DNA of 64,000 bases from Desulfobacterales bacterium (GCA_013375375.1 JABXJX010000002.1:1584-65583); one strand, 5' to 3'; positions 11,501 to 20,794 are shown, numbered from the stretch's first letter. Notes: generated from the letters alone by a model not told the origin. Numbers and translations are program-made.

Positions 11501-13342
11501 ATGTGCTCAATGCGCTTAAATTGTGCAATTTTTTTATGTCTGCTTTTTGCTTACAATGGCCCTGTAATGGCACAAGAAGATCGTCCCTGTTACACATTAG
11601 ATCCGGTCGTGGTTACAGGGAGCCGTATCCTGCAGCACCTCTCAAGAATCGGCCGATCCGTTTCAATCATTGGTCGAGAAGAAATCGAGGCCGCGCCCGC
11701 AGACAGTATTGCAGATCTCTTGGAATACGTCAGCGGTGTGGACGTACGTCAGCGCGGCGTACACGGGGTTCAGGCCGATGTGGCAATCCGGGGTAGTTCG
11801 TTTGAACAAACTTTGATTTTGGTCGACGGCATCAATGTGAGTGATTCCCAAACCGGTCATCACAATCTGGATTTGCCTGTAAACCTGGAGGATATTGAGC
11901 GCATTGAGATTTTGAAAGGACCTGGGGCGAGAATTTACGGCCACAATGCCATGGCCGGTGTCATCAACATTATCACACGCGATGTTGAACGCAGTACTGT
12001 CGGCGGGTATGTGACATACGGTGACTACGATTATTATGATCTCGGTGCTCACGGGACTTTTAAAACCGGTGACATGTCAAGCCGAGTCTCAATATCTCGA
12101 CGTTATTCCGCAGGACATATCGAACAAGAAGAGACTGATTTTGATATCAAGACATGGGCTTATAAAGGTGCGATAAATAGGGGAGACCATAAATTTCAAC
12201 TGGGACTGGGATATACGGACAAGGATTTTGGGGCCTATCGCTTCTACAGCGACACATTTCCGAATCAACGCGAGCGGACAGATACCCTGTTAGCTCACAG
12301 CAGCGCCCATTTAAAGATGTCGGATTTTGAAGTAATGCCCAGAGTATTCTGGCGGCGCCATAATGATGATTTCAAGATAGAGATCAAAGGCGATTGGGAC
12401 CGAAACGAGCACCGAACCGATTCTTACGGGGTGCAAATAGGTTCCCGGTTTGAATCTGAATTGGGAACAACGGCCCTTGGAGGTGAAATCGCATTTGAAG
12501 TCTTGCAAAGCACCAACCTGGGTGATCACGACCGTGAGCGCAGCGGGGTATTTCTTGAGCACAAGTTTTATCCGGTTGAGTGCGTGACCCTTGGTCTTGG
12601 TGCTTCGGCAATGAAATATAGCGATTGGGGCTGGGAATACTGGCCGGGCGCAGAACTAAATGTTGAATTAATGGATGGATTCAATTGGTTTGTTTCTTCG
12701 GGAGAATCTTTTCGTATTCCCACATATACCGAGCTTTATTATTACACACAGGCAAACCAAGGCAATTCCGACCTTAAACCCGAACGGGCCTGGACTCACG
12801 AGACCGGTATTCGCTGGCGCGAAACAGGCCTTGGCGCTAATATCAGTCTATTTTCCCGCAATGCAGAAGATGTCATTGATTGGTCCCGCATTTCCGACCA
12901 GGAGCCCTGGAAATCGCGAAACATCGCTGAATGTAGGACTCAGGGGTTTGAAGTAGGTCTGGATTTTTATCCAGAGGCTTTTTTCAAGAAGACATTTGTT
13001 TCGGCTGTAAATCTTGCTTATACCTATCTGGACTCAGACTGGGATACAGGTGGACTTGAATCGAAATATGTTTTAGATCATCTGCGCCACCAGCTCCACG
13101 GTTCTATGATTTTAGATTGGTTTGACGGTTTGACGCATGACATCAAAGTTCGGCACGAGAAGCGAATGGTAGGGGATTCGAACGTTGTTGTCGATACGCG
13201 TCTCGCCTACAAATGGGCGGACTATGAGGTCTTTCTTGAAGCAACCAACCTGTTTGATGAGGATTATGTGGAATCCGGTTTTGCGCCTATGCCGGGCCGC
13301 TGGATTATGGGTGGCGTAAGGTTTAATATGGACTTTAAATAA
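11501..13342 (+). CDS. TonB-dependent outer-membrane receptor (BtuB-sized, 613 aa)
   Basis: A signal peptide is followed by the TonB-box-like DPVVVTGSR. Plug motifs are present (IEILKGPGARIYGHNAMAGVINI), along with barrel repeats and a C-terminal aromatic-rich strand GGVRFNMDF. Confidence 0.85.
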   Translation: MCSMRLNCAIFLCLLFAYNGPVMAQEDRPCYTLDPVVVTGSRILQHLSRIGRSVSIIGREEIEAAPADSIADLLEYVSGVDVRQRGVHGVQADVAIRGSSFEQTLILVDGINVSDSQTGHHNLDLPVNLEDIERIEILKGPGARIYGHNAMAGVINIITRDVERSTVGGYVTYGDYDYYDLGAHGTFKTGDMSSRVSISRRYSAGHIEQEETDFDIKTWAYKGAINRGDHKFQLGLGYTDKDFGAYRFYSDTFPNQRERTDTLLAHSSAHLKMSDFEVMPRVFWRRHNDDFKIEIKGDWDRNEHRTDSYGVQIGSRFESELGTTALGGEIAFEVLQSTNLGDHDRERSGVFLEHKFYPVECVTLGLGASAMKYSDWGWEYWPGAELNVELMDGFNWFVSSGESFRIPTYTELYYYTQANQGNSDLKPERAWTHETGIRWRETGLGANISLFSRNAEDVIDWSRISDQEPWKSRNIAECRTQGFEVGLDFYPEAFFKKTFVSAVNLAYTYLDSDWDTGGLESKYVLDHLRHQLHGSMILDWFDGLTHDIKVRHEKRMVGDSNVVVDTRLAYKWADYEVFLEATNLFDEDYVESGFAPMPGRWIMGGVRFNMDFK

Positions 13343-13472
13343 ACCAAAAAGAAGTTAACAATAGGGCGGGATGTTCTTTACAAGAAATGTCGGCTTTGCT
13401 ATAAGTAGACTGGATTTTATGTGGAGAAGCAGAAAGGTTGGTTAAACGAGCCCCCTGCAGGAGGAGGAATCG

Positions 13473-13745
13473 ATGGAATTCTTTCAAACAACACAACTAT
13501 CTGTGCCACTTTCCCAAATAACATTGCTTCTGATGCTTAGTACACTGGTACTTTTTTTTGGAAGAATAAAACTGGCACTGCTTATTAATTACCTTTTTAC
13601 ACTGTACTGGGGCTACATATTTAATCGAGAGCATTTAGTTGGTTCCAGCCTTGAAAAAATAAACTACTTTAATGCAATCTATTTTGGATTTGGTCTTGTA
13701 ATTGTTATTTTGGCTTTGATTGGATTTCTTGTCCACCGCGATTAG
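13473..13745 (+). CDS. small hydrophobic membrane protein, unknown function
   Basis: The 90-aa ORF has a strong RBS (GGAGGAGG) and about 3 predicted hydrophobic helices. No family was recognised. Confidence 0.5.
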   Translation: MEFFQTTQLSVPLSQITLLLMLSTLVLFFGRIKLALLINYLFTLYWGYIFNREHLVGSSLEKINYFNAIYFGFGLVIVILALIGFLVHRD

Positions 13746-13858
13746 TGCTTGTCTGGCCATTCGACTGCTTCCGGCACCAACCGCAAAGCATTTCAGGTCA
13801 GAGCCCTTCTCAGCAGCGACCTGCCGACACTTGTCAACCATTTGATCTGCGTCAATGA

Positions 13859-14872
13859 TTAAGTTATTTCATGACAACTACCTGAGGCGTAAGCAGCAGC
13901 ACCCAACAGTGCTGCCAGGTCGTTCAAGATGACCCGGACCGGTACCTGAGAAAGCAAACCGCTGAATCTTCCCTTATCTACAAAGGCCTTCATGAACTGG
14001 CCATCGCGGAGTTTGGGCAATATCTTTGGGGCAATGCCGCCTCCAAGGTAGATGCCGCCCCTGGTCAATCCGGTTAAGGCCAGGTTTCCTGAGGTCGCCC
14101 CGAATATTGATACAAACAGGTCCAGTGCTTTTACGCACAGAGGCTGTCTGTCTACGAGAGCGGCTTCACAGATGACCTTTGACGGATCGTCCTCTTCCAT
14201 CTTTTGGGCCATCCGTGTCGGCTCTTTCCCTTGGCCCGTATATTTTAACCAGCAGTATATAATGAACAGGCCAGGTCCTGATAAGACCCTTTCCGTACTC
14301 ACATGCCCCAAACGCTGGTAAAGATATTCCCATAAGTGGATCTCTGCTTCATTCCTTGGGGCAAAATCAACATGGCCTGCCTCGGAAGGCACGGGAATAT
14401 ACCGGCCGTCTTTCCAGATCAGCAGGGCGGTACCAAGCCCCGTACCTGGTGCGAGTACACCCAGGTTTCCCTTTCTGGTTGTCTTTGCCTTGTTCAGTGG
14501 AAATAGCTCGCGTTTGGTTAGAAAGGGAATGGCGTAAGCTGTAGCCGTCAAGTCGTTGACAAGCAGCACACGCTCCCAACCAAAGCGATTCTCAAGTCTT
14601 CTTTCAGAAACATCCCACGGGAGATTTGTCGTTTTGCATCTGCCGTTGTTGACCGGCCCGGCAATGCCAAAGCAGGCACTGGTAATTGGAACGTTATGCC
14701 TTTCCAGAAAACGCTCGAGGATATTCTCCAGGCCCCGAGCCTCTTGGCTGACGTAAGTCTCCAGCGACTTCAGAATGGGTTTTCTTTTTCCTCGGACGAA
14801 CAGACCCAAATTGGTCTTAGTTCCCCCAATATCTCCTGCCAAGATGAATGTTACATTATCCGTGGAAACCAT
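13859..14872 (-). CDS. glk: glucokinase
   Basis: AGDIGGTKTNLGLF is an N-terminal ATP-binding motif, and the protein looks Glk-like throughout. ATG 14872 is preferred (RBS GAGGGAA upstream) over the TTG at 14890. Confidence 0.8.
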   Translation of the reverse strand: MVSTDNVTFILAGDIGGTKTNLGLFVRGKRKPILKSLETYVSQEARGLENILERFLERHNVPITSACFGIAGPVNNGRCKTTNLPWDVSERRLENRFGWERVLLVNDLTATAYAIPFLTKRELFPLNKAKTTRKGNLGVLAPGTGLGTALLIWKDGRYIPVPSEAGHVDFAPRNEAEIHLWEYLYQRLGHVSTERVLSGPGLFIIYCWLKYTGQGKEPTRMAQKMEEDDPSKVICEAALVDRQPLCVKALDLFVSIFGATSGNLALTGLTRGGIYLGGGIAPKILPKLRDGQFMKAFVDKGRFSGLLSQVPVRVILNDLAALLGAAAYASGSCHEIT

Positions 14873-14948
14873 AGTTTTCCATTCCCTCAATCCGTTTTCA
14901 TAACTAAAAATCTCAAAATTTATGTTAAGTTTTCGCCTTATGAAACGA

Positions 14949-16352
14949 CTACAGCCTCTTCACCCGAACCATGTTTGTGCTTCCTGCAGCCCCTACAGGA
15001 TGGCCCGCCGTGATCACCACTAAATCCCCTCTTGATACATATCCGGTTTTCAACGCTGATTGTGCAGATCTCTCGATCATGTCGTCCGTATCTTTGGGAT
15101 CAGCCACAAGACGCGGCAGGCAGCCCCAAAAAAGGGTTAGTCTTCGGACTGTGTCCTGTCTTGGCGACGGCGCGATGATGGGCTGGATGGGCCTGAAACT
15201 GGAGATATGCCTGGCCGTCTGACCCGACTTGGTCGGCGCAATGATAGCACGGGCGTCAAGTTGATTAGCCAGGATGCAGGCCGCATAGGCGACGGACTCT
15301 GAAATGTCCTTTTTGGAGGTAAGTTGCAGGTGTCTCTCATGTGGAAAGTGGGTTTCGGCACTTTCGACAATGCGGGCCATGAACTGAGCCGCTTTGACCG
15401 GGTAACCTCCGCTGGCCGTCTCCTCGGAAAGCATCACCGCATCGGTGCCGTCCAGGACCGCGTTGGCCACGTCCGTGGCCTCGGCCCTTGTGGGGCGAGG
15501 GGACTCGACCATGGAGCGGAGCATCTGTGTGGCTGTTATGACTGGTTTCCCTAAGGCATTGGCACGGCGAATAAGCATCTTCTGAACAACAGGTACCTCT
15601 TCCAGCGGAATTTCTACGCCCAGGTCACCACGGGCCACCATGATACCGTCGGCTGCTTCCATAATCTCGTCGATGTGCTCGACGGCCTCATGTTTCTCAA
15701 TCTTTGCTATGACCGGAGTATCTTTTTTTCTGCTTCGGATAGTCTCTTTGACTTTTACTATCTCTTCTGCCGTCCTGACAAAAGACAGGGCCACATAATC
15801 CACGTCGTTTTCCAGGCCGAAAAGCAGGTCTTCCCGGTCCTTATCTGTCAAGGAGGGGGTTTGTATGGTTCGGGTGGGTAAGTTCAGTCCTTTGTGTGAG
15901 GTCAGCAGGCCACCGGTCACGACCTCGCAGTAAATCTCAGACCGATTTATTCTCTTGACAACCAGCTCTATGAAGCCATCGGCCAGCAGGATCGGGTCGC
16001 CTTCCTTCACCACTCCGGGCAGGTTCGGGTAAGATACCGAGACCTTTTCACTGGTACCTTCAACAGGCTGATTAGTCAAAACAAAAGACCGCCCCGCTTC
16101 CAGCCTTACCCCAGGGTCGGGCACCAGTCCAACCCGGATTTTTGGCCCAGCCAGGTCTTGTAGGATGGCGACAGGCTGATCCAGTTCATCGGAGACCTTT
16201 CGAATGACGCGGATTTTTCTCTCATGCTCACTACGATTTCCGTGGGAAAAGTTCAGCCTGGCCACGTTCATCCCGTTTTGGATCAACGCACTTATGATTT
16301 CCGGCGATTGGCTGGCCGGACCGATCGTACAGACAATCTTGGTCAGGGGCAT
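14949..16352 (-). CDS. pyk: pyruvate kinase
   Basis: MPLTKIVCTIGPAS..., NVARLNFSHG and MVARGDLGVEIP are present. The start is set at the internal ATG 16352 (RBS AAGGAAAG), because the upstream 49 aa of the ORF have no PK homology. Confidence 0.9.
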   Translation of the reverse strand: MPLTKIVCTIGPASQSPEIISALIQNGMNVARLNFSHGNRSEHERKIRVIRKVSDELDQPVAILQDLAGPKIRVGLVPDPGVRLEAGRSFVLTNQPVEGTSEKVSVSYPNLPGVVKEGDPILLADGFIELVVKRINRSEIYCEVVTGGLLTSHKGLNLPTRTIQTPSLTDKDREDLLFGLENDVDYVALSFVRTAEEIVKVKETIRSRKKDTPVIAKIEKHEAVEHIDEIMEAADGIMVARGDLGVEIPLEEVPVVQKMLIRRANALGKPVITATQMLRSMVESPRPTRAEATDVANAVLDGTDAVMLSEETASGGYPVKAAQFMARIVESAETHFPHERHLQLTSKKDISESVAYAACILANQLDARAIIAPTKSGQTARHISSFRPIQPIIAPSPRQDTVRRLTLFWGCLPRLVADPKDTDDMIERSAQSALKTGYVSRGDLVVITAGHPVGAAGSTNMVRVKRL

Positions 16353-16623
16353 GGACCTGCTTTCCTTGACTTTTCGGATTATTCTTTTCCCACGACCCTT
16401 TTGGCTCGCTCCGAACAACTTTCGGGTGATAGCTGTGCCATTAAAGAGGTTGGGCAGTCTACTTATTGTCAGCATATGAAAATGACACAAAGAGGTCAAT
16501 CATAAAGAATCACCATCAGGTGCCTGGGGCCGGACAAAGTCCCGAGGGTATATCGCCACACTCAGGTCGTGAGAGGGCTGCCCCTTCATTCTGACTTCAA
16601 CAGCCCGTTACCCTTCTGAATTC

Positions 16624-16652
16624 TTGACAAAAATCTGCATTCTTTGTAGTCT
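16624..16652 (+). promoter_or_regulatory. candidate sigma70 promoter for the sigma-factor gene
   Basis: TTGACA (16624-16629), a 17-nt spacer, then TAGTCT (16647-16652). Confidence 0.35.
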
Positions 16653-16753
16653 TCCTTTGAGATTTGGCGCCAATAGTTTTCAAGTCCAACCCTTGGGTAA
16701 ACTAACCTAAAAAGCTGATGGCTTTTTGACGGTACAAGGAGAATCAAGAGGTT

Positions 16754-17350
16754 TTGGATAAGAACCGGATGGCATTGGGTCTTCCTGATGAAAGAAAGCT
16801 CTTGGATAGATGCCTGGCACAAGACAAAGAGGCATGGGATACATTTGTTGAGACATACAATCGCCTCATCTCACATGCCATTGCTCAAACCTTAAAGAAG
16901 TATTCAGTCTCTCCGGAAACCCATGTGGTTGATGATCTCTTCCATACCGTATTTCTTTCACTTGTTGAAAATAACTGTAAAAAGCTCAGGCAATTCCAAT
17001 GGAAATGCAAACTTTCCAGTTGGCTCCACATAATCGCTGTCCGGGTGACAATTGATTATTTAAGGAAGCAATCTGAACATCTTTCATTGAACGGGGAAAC
17101 AGATGAGAAGATACCTCTAAAAGAGAGGATAGCCAACGGAAATCCTCTACCTGATGAACTCCTTGAATCGAAAGAGAAAGAAAGGATTTTCGAGCAGATC
17201 AAAAGCACCCTTACTTCCAGGGAGCGGCTTTTTGTAGAGCTTTACTACTGCCGTGAGCTTTCACCAAACGAGATCGCAAGGATATTGAACACAACTACAA
17301 ACAACGTCTATCAGTTAAAAAACTTTTCCAGATCTATTAGGTGGTCATGA
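16754..17350 (+). CDS. RNA polymerase sigma-70 family (ECF-type) sigma factor, atypical C-terminus
   Basis: Region 2 (DLFHTVFLSLVEN...SWLHIIAVRVTIDYLRK) and region 4 (RERLFVELYYCRELSPNEIARILNTTTNNVYQLKN) are recognisable. The start codon is uncertain (TTG 16754 or ATG 16769). Confidence 0.75.
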   Translation: MDKNRMALGLPDERKLLDRCLAQDKEAWDTFVETYNRLISHAIAQTLKKYSVSPETHVVDDLFHTVFLSLVENNCKKLRQFQWKCKLSSWLHIIAVRVTIDYLRKQSEHLSLNGETDEKIPLKERIANGNPLPDELLESKEKERIFEQIKSTLTSRERLFVELYYCRELSPNEIARILNTTTNNVYQLKNFSRSIRWS

Positions 17351-17403
17351 AATTTTTATCGCTGTAATATCGAGGAGTTAAGACGCCCAAGAAACTTTTT
17401 TGC

Positions 17404-17459
17404 TTGACAATGAGATTACTTTTAGTTATTTTTAGATACTAAATATAATCAGATGCAAG
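17404..17459 (+). promoter_or_regulatory. candidate sigma70 promoter(s) of the islet operon
   Basis: TTGACA(17404)-17 nt-TATTTT, and TTTAGA(17431)-17 nt-TATAAT(17454-17459). This is an AT-rich region 30-80 nt upstream of 17488. Confidence 0.4.
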
Positions 17460-17487
17460 GAAAGAATCTTGCCTGGGCGAGGTAACT

Positions 17488-18048
17488 ATGAAAAATGCGA
17501 ATACGACAGACATTGAAAAAGTTCTTCAAAGGAAAGAGGACCCAAGGAGAACGACCTTCAATCTCACCTCCAATGCCCATGAATTCATTAGTTACCTCGC
17601 CAAGTCACTGAGAATCAGAAAGAAGGAAGTTTTTGATCGTTTTGTTCAGATGATAGATGTCTTGGACCTGGATAAGGATGCAATTGCGAATTTGATGGGG
17701 AAGGGGACTGTTGAGGATACTGTGCGGAAAACATATGTCATTGATACCAAAGTCTTGCGAAGAATTGAACAAATTTCAAAAAAGGCGGGATGCAGGAGAG
17801 ATATCCTCATAGAAATGTTGGCGATTGGTTTGAGGGAGTGGATTGACAGTGAAAAAAGGCAGCGCACTCCAGTAATTGAAGAAACCATAAAGCGTATAAA
17901 TGACCTGTGGAGTGAAGTTTCCGGTTTAGAGGAGGACTTACGCAAGATCTTCGATGGGGACAACAAAATTTTCGAATGCTTCTCGACTATTGATTACAGC
18001 TTCGACAAGGGGCTACAACTCTTAAACGAGGAGCTTAAGACAAATTAA
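17488..18048 (+). CDS. hypothetical protein with two ribbon-helix-helix-like segments
   Basis: RTTFNLTSNAHEFISYLAKSL.. and RKTYVIDTKVLRRIEQISKKAG..DILIEMLAIGL both fit the strand-helix-helix pattern of CopG/Arc folds. This is by-eye inference only. Confidence 0.45.
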   Translation: MKNANTTDIEKVLQRKEDPRRTTFNLTSNAHEFISYLAKSLRIRKKEVFDRFVQMIDVLDLDKDAIANLMGKGTVEDTVRKTYVIDTKVLRRIEQISKKAGCRRDILIEMLAIGLREWIDSEKRQRTPVIEETIKRINDLWSEVSGLEEDLRKIFDGDNKIFECFSTIDYSFDKGLQLLNEELKTN

Positions 18049-18067
18049 CCCAAGGGCTATCAAAAAA

Positions 18068-18763
18068 ATGTCAACTATAGATGATGAAAAACTATTGGTT
18101 CGGCAACTCAGGAATGAAGAGGGTAAGACCCTTCAGGAGATAGCCAGCAAATTTGATAAGAGCATCTATTGGGTAAAATCGAGATTGGACAAAAGATATG
18201 AACCAAAGCGAAAAAGAAAAACCAGCTCAGAGGAAAACCTGTCAGCTCGTGATACGGAGATCCATGATCCAAAACTATCCAACGAAATTGATCAAGTAAC
18301 AAGACTAAGACAAAAAGGGCTAACATTTGAACAGATTGCGGCAAAACTCAACAGAAGCATATACTGGGTGCATACTCGACTAAGGTCCAAGTACACACCT
18401 CGCATAAGTCTAAAGGAAAAAGAATTCCAAGAACTGAGGGTAATCCCCTGGTTATTGGAACAAGGTCATACAATTACCGGACAATATGTCAGATCCGGGG
18501 AAGGACTTTTTATACAGGAGGCTGATATCCAGAGTTCTTGTGAGGGATTGCTTTATATCACGGAGGTTAAGGTTTCTATCAGTCATCATCAGTTTCAAAC
18601 CGCTATCGGCCAGCTCTTGCTACACAAATTTGCACTTAAGGACATTTCAACGTTACGACTGCAAATTGCGTTACCCGTTGAGGTTCGTGCCGAAAACATT
18701 TCCAATGAGCTTTTGCATTTTATGCATCATGAAATAGGCATAGACGTAGTTTTTGTTCCATAG
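18068..18763 (+). CDS. tandem HTH (sigma70 region-4-like) protein with C-terminal PD-(D/E)xK nuclease-like domain
   Basis: An internal repeat is present: GKTLQEIASKFDKSIYWVKSRLDKRYEPK and GLTFEQIAAKLNRSIYWVHTRLRSKYTP. The C-terminal WLLEQGHTI...QEADI...LYITEVKV fits the E..G / D / ExK restriction-endonuclease fold. Confidence 0.55.
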   Translation: MSTIDDEKLLVRQLRNEEGKTLQEIASKFDKSIYWVKSRLDKRYEPKRKRKTSSEENLSARDTEIHDPKLSNEIDQVTRLRQKGLTFEQIAAKLNRSIYWVHTRLRSKYTPRISLKEKEFQELRVIPWLLEQGHTITGQYVRSGEGLFIQEADIQSSCEGLLYITEVKVSISHHQFQTAIGQLLLHKFALKDISTLRLQIALPVEVRAENISNELLHFMHHEIGIDVVFVP

Positions 18764-18788
18764 ATAATCCGTAAGGGGGAGGTGTTAA

Positions 18789-19097
18789 ATGTCAATGTTT
18801 AATCTAAAACTTTTATTCCTGCCAGGCATTTACGGAAAAGATGCCCTACCTTGTGGTCCAACAGCATATGTTGCTATTCAAAGATACCTTCATCCAAATT
18901 TGACAGATAGTTCTATGAAGAATGAGCAAGTTATTTCAGCCGACTGCCTCACGTTTGATGAATTTAAGCATGAGATAAATCGACTTACTAATGAATTGGA
19001 AACACTAAAGAAACGGGCCGAACGACTTTTTGCGGAAATAGCACAAGAGAAACAAAGGGCTTACGGAGTCATTAGGAGCTTATTGGAATGCAATTAA
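18789..19097 (+). CDS. hypothetical protein (C-terminal coiled-coil-like)
   Basis: 102-aa ORF with a strong RBS (GGGGGAGG), lying in an operon with its neighbours. No family was recognised. Confidence 0.45.
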   Translation: MSMFNLKLLFLPGIYGKDALPCGPTAYVAIQRYLHPNLTDSSMKNEQVISADCLTFDEFKHEINRLTNELETLKKRAERLFAEIAQEKQRAYGVIRSLLECN

Positions 19098-19163
19098 GAA
19101 AATCACCGATGTCTCGATTGAGCGTGTCCGGCAACAGCGATTTAAGTATTGGAGGTAAAGGAT

Positions 19164-19376
19164 ATGGAATCAAGGTGCCTTAAATGCGGTCGTGCCCTTT
19201 TCAGGCAGGCCTTGCTTGATGATAACGGACATAAGGCAATGGTTGACGATACTCCAATCAATTCCGATGGGGTTGACAAATTTTACAGTTGTCCACATTG
19301 CGGAGCCAGAAATGTAACTGTAGAAGGCAGAAGCCCACACGTGCTTTGGCAACGGAGAATCTCTCATGTTAAGTAA
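19164..19376 (+). CDS. small zinc-ribbon protein
   Basis: CLKCGRA...CPHCGARN are two CxxC pairs. ATG 19164 is preceded by GGAGG. Confidence 0.5.
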   Translation: MESRCLKCGRALFRQALLDDNGHKAMVDDTPINSDGVDKFYSCPHCGARNVTVEGRSPHVLWQRRISHVK

Positions 19377-19419
19377 ACGGCGATAGGGTTCAGTGAATCA
19401 TAAATTGACTATTTTTTGA

Positions 19420-20394
19420 GTGCCTCAACGAGGGGAGTATCAAATCAGAACATTTAATAACGTGAAAAAAACATTTTCAGATTGCCCCTGCCAGCGGGCG
19501 ATTGACACTGAACACAAAGACCTGTTGAGGGAGTTTCGCAGAATTCGGAAACAGTGCCCAGCGTTGAGAGAAGTATTGGTGCCTGGACCCATCTTGTCGG
19601 AATTCGAGGAGGCTTGTAACGCAGCCCCGGACAATGCCCGGCATCGATCTATTCTCTTGCTGGCTCTCGAACGTGGATACCTGAACCGAATCACATCCCC
19701 AATACACAGCTACGTTCTCAAAAATGACAAACCGAAAAACGAGTTAACAAAGCAATACAGGCAAGACCTCCAAGAACGCTGGCTCCGTAATGATAGTGAG
19801 ATAGAGCGTCACCGAAGATCAAGGATTTTTCAAGGAAGACTATGTGAGCTTCAGTGCGCTGAATGGATCGAGAAACAAGGCTGGAAGATTACCGATTTGG
19901 AGGCATTGGGTGGTTCGCAAGATATCGAAGCTCGCTCTCCAGACGGCACCGAGTACTCAATTGAAGTAAAATACATAGGACAGGAAGATACTGATTTTCT
20001 ATCCCTTGTTAATAGCCTTAAAGGTAGAAGTGAAGCCCGCTCAGTATCTCCATACGTAGCATGCAATTTCATGCTCTTCAGAGTGTACGAGGCTACCAAG
20101 CAATTTGAGGAATCCACTCAGGCTCGTATCGCAATGTTAGTAATATCGGACATGACTTGGGAACGTTTTGATTTGCAACTGAAAGACAACTGGATTGATT
20201 GGAAGTCACCTCGTTTTTACAACAGAGATCAGATTTGGCAGAATTTCCTTCAAGAGCAGAAGAAAAGGTATCCTGACATCGAAAATAATTTGCAGACGGC
20301 TTTAAATAGTGTGACGGAGTTGTGGATAATAAGGTCTAAAAACGGCTTTGAATACTCGAAGGAGCATGTTGTGCCTCTCAGTGGATGCACATAA
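19420..20394 (+). CDS. hypothetical protein with Mrr-cat-like PD-(D/E)xK endonuclease domain
   Basis: GRLCELQCAEWIEKQGWKI...GGSQDIEARSPDGTEYSIEVKYIG fits the FE..L...G / D.GiDi / (E/Q)xK pattern of Mrr-type nucleases. There is no ATG near the 5' end, so the start (GTG 19420) is uncertain. Confidence 0.5.
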   Translation: MPQRGEYQIRTFNNVKKTFSDCPCQRAIDTEHKDLLREFRRIRKQCPALREVLVPGPILSEFEEACNAAPDNARHRSILLLALERGYLNRITSPIHSYVLKNDKPKNELTKQYRQDLQERWLRNDSEIERHRRSRIFQGRLCELQCAEWIEKQGWKITDLEALGGSQDIEARSPDGTEYSIEVKYIGQEDTDFLSLVNSLKGRSEARSVSPYVACNFMLFRVYEATKQFEESTQARIAMLVISDMTWERFDLQLKDNWIDWKSPRFYNRDQIWQNFLQEQKKRYPDIENNLQTALNSVTELWIIRSKNGFEYSKEHVVPLSGCT

Positions 20395-20575
20395 CTGGCA
20401 GTTGCGGCTGCCGGGGTTACGCTCCTTCGTCTATATCACCCTTCGGGGCACATCCTATGTAGCTGGTCGTTATAAAATGAAAGGGGGTCGGGCATGACCG
20501 GGAAACTTGAAGAACCAGGCAAAAATAATGAATTATTCTTGAAAAAGCTGTTTTTGTCTGGTAAAAGATTATATT

Positions 20576-20794
20576 ATGCTAAACAGAATCTCAGTAAATC
20601 CGGAAATTTGTGAAGGCAAGCCCACCATTAGAAATCTCCGAATAACAGTGGACTTTATCCTGAAGCTTATTGGAGACGGCTACTCAGCGGATGAGATCAT
20701 TAAGAATTACCCTGAATTAGAGAAAGAGGATATCTACCAAGCTGCCAAATACGGTGCTTGGCTGGCCAGCGAAAAAACTATAGCCGTCGCATGA
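20576..20794 (+). CDS. DUF433-family small protein (antitoxin-like partner of DUF5615)
   Basis: PEICEGKPTIRNLRITVDFILKLIGDGYSADEIIKNYPELEKEDIYQA matches the typical DUF433 signature. Confidence 0.75.
   Translation: MLNRISVNPEICEGKPTIRNLRITVDFILKLIGDGYSADEIIKNYPELEKEDIYQAAKYGAWLASEKTIAVA

Noticed and set aside
16520-16600. GGUCGUGA-containing structured-looking segment upstream of the sigma gene / pyk, considered as a ZTP (pfl) or other riboswitch
   Set aside because: It lacks the second conserved ZTP half (CCGCCUGGGC-type pseudoknot partner). The neighbouring genes (pyk, sigma factor) do not fit any riboswitch regulon I know.
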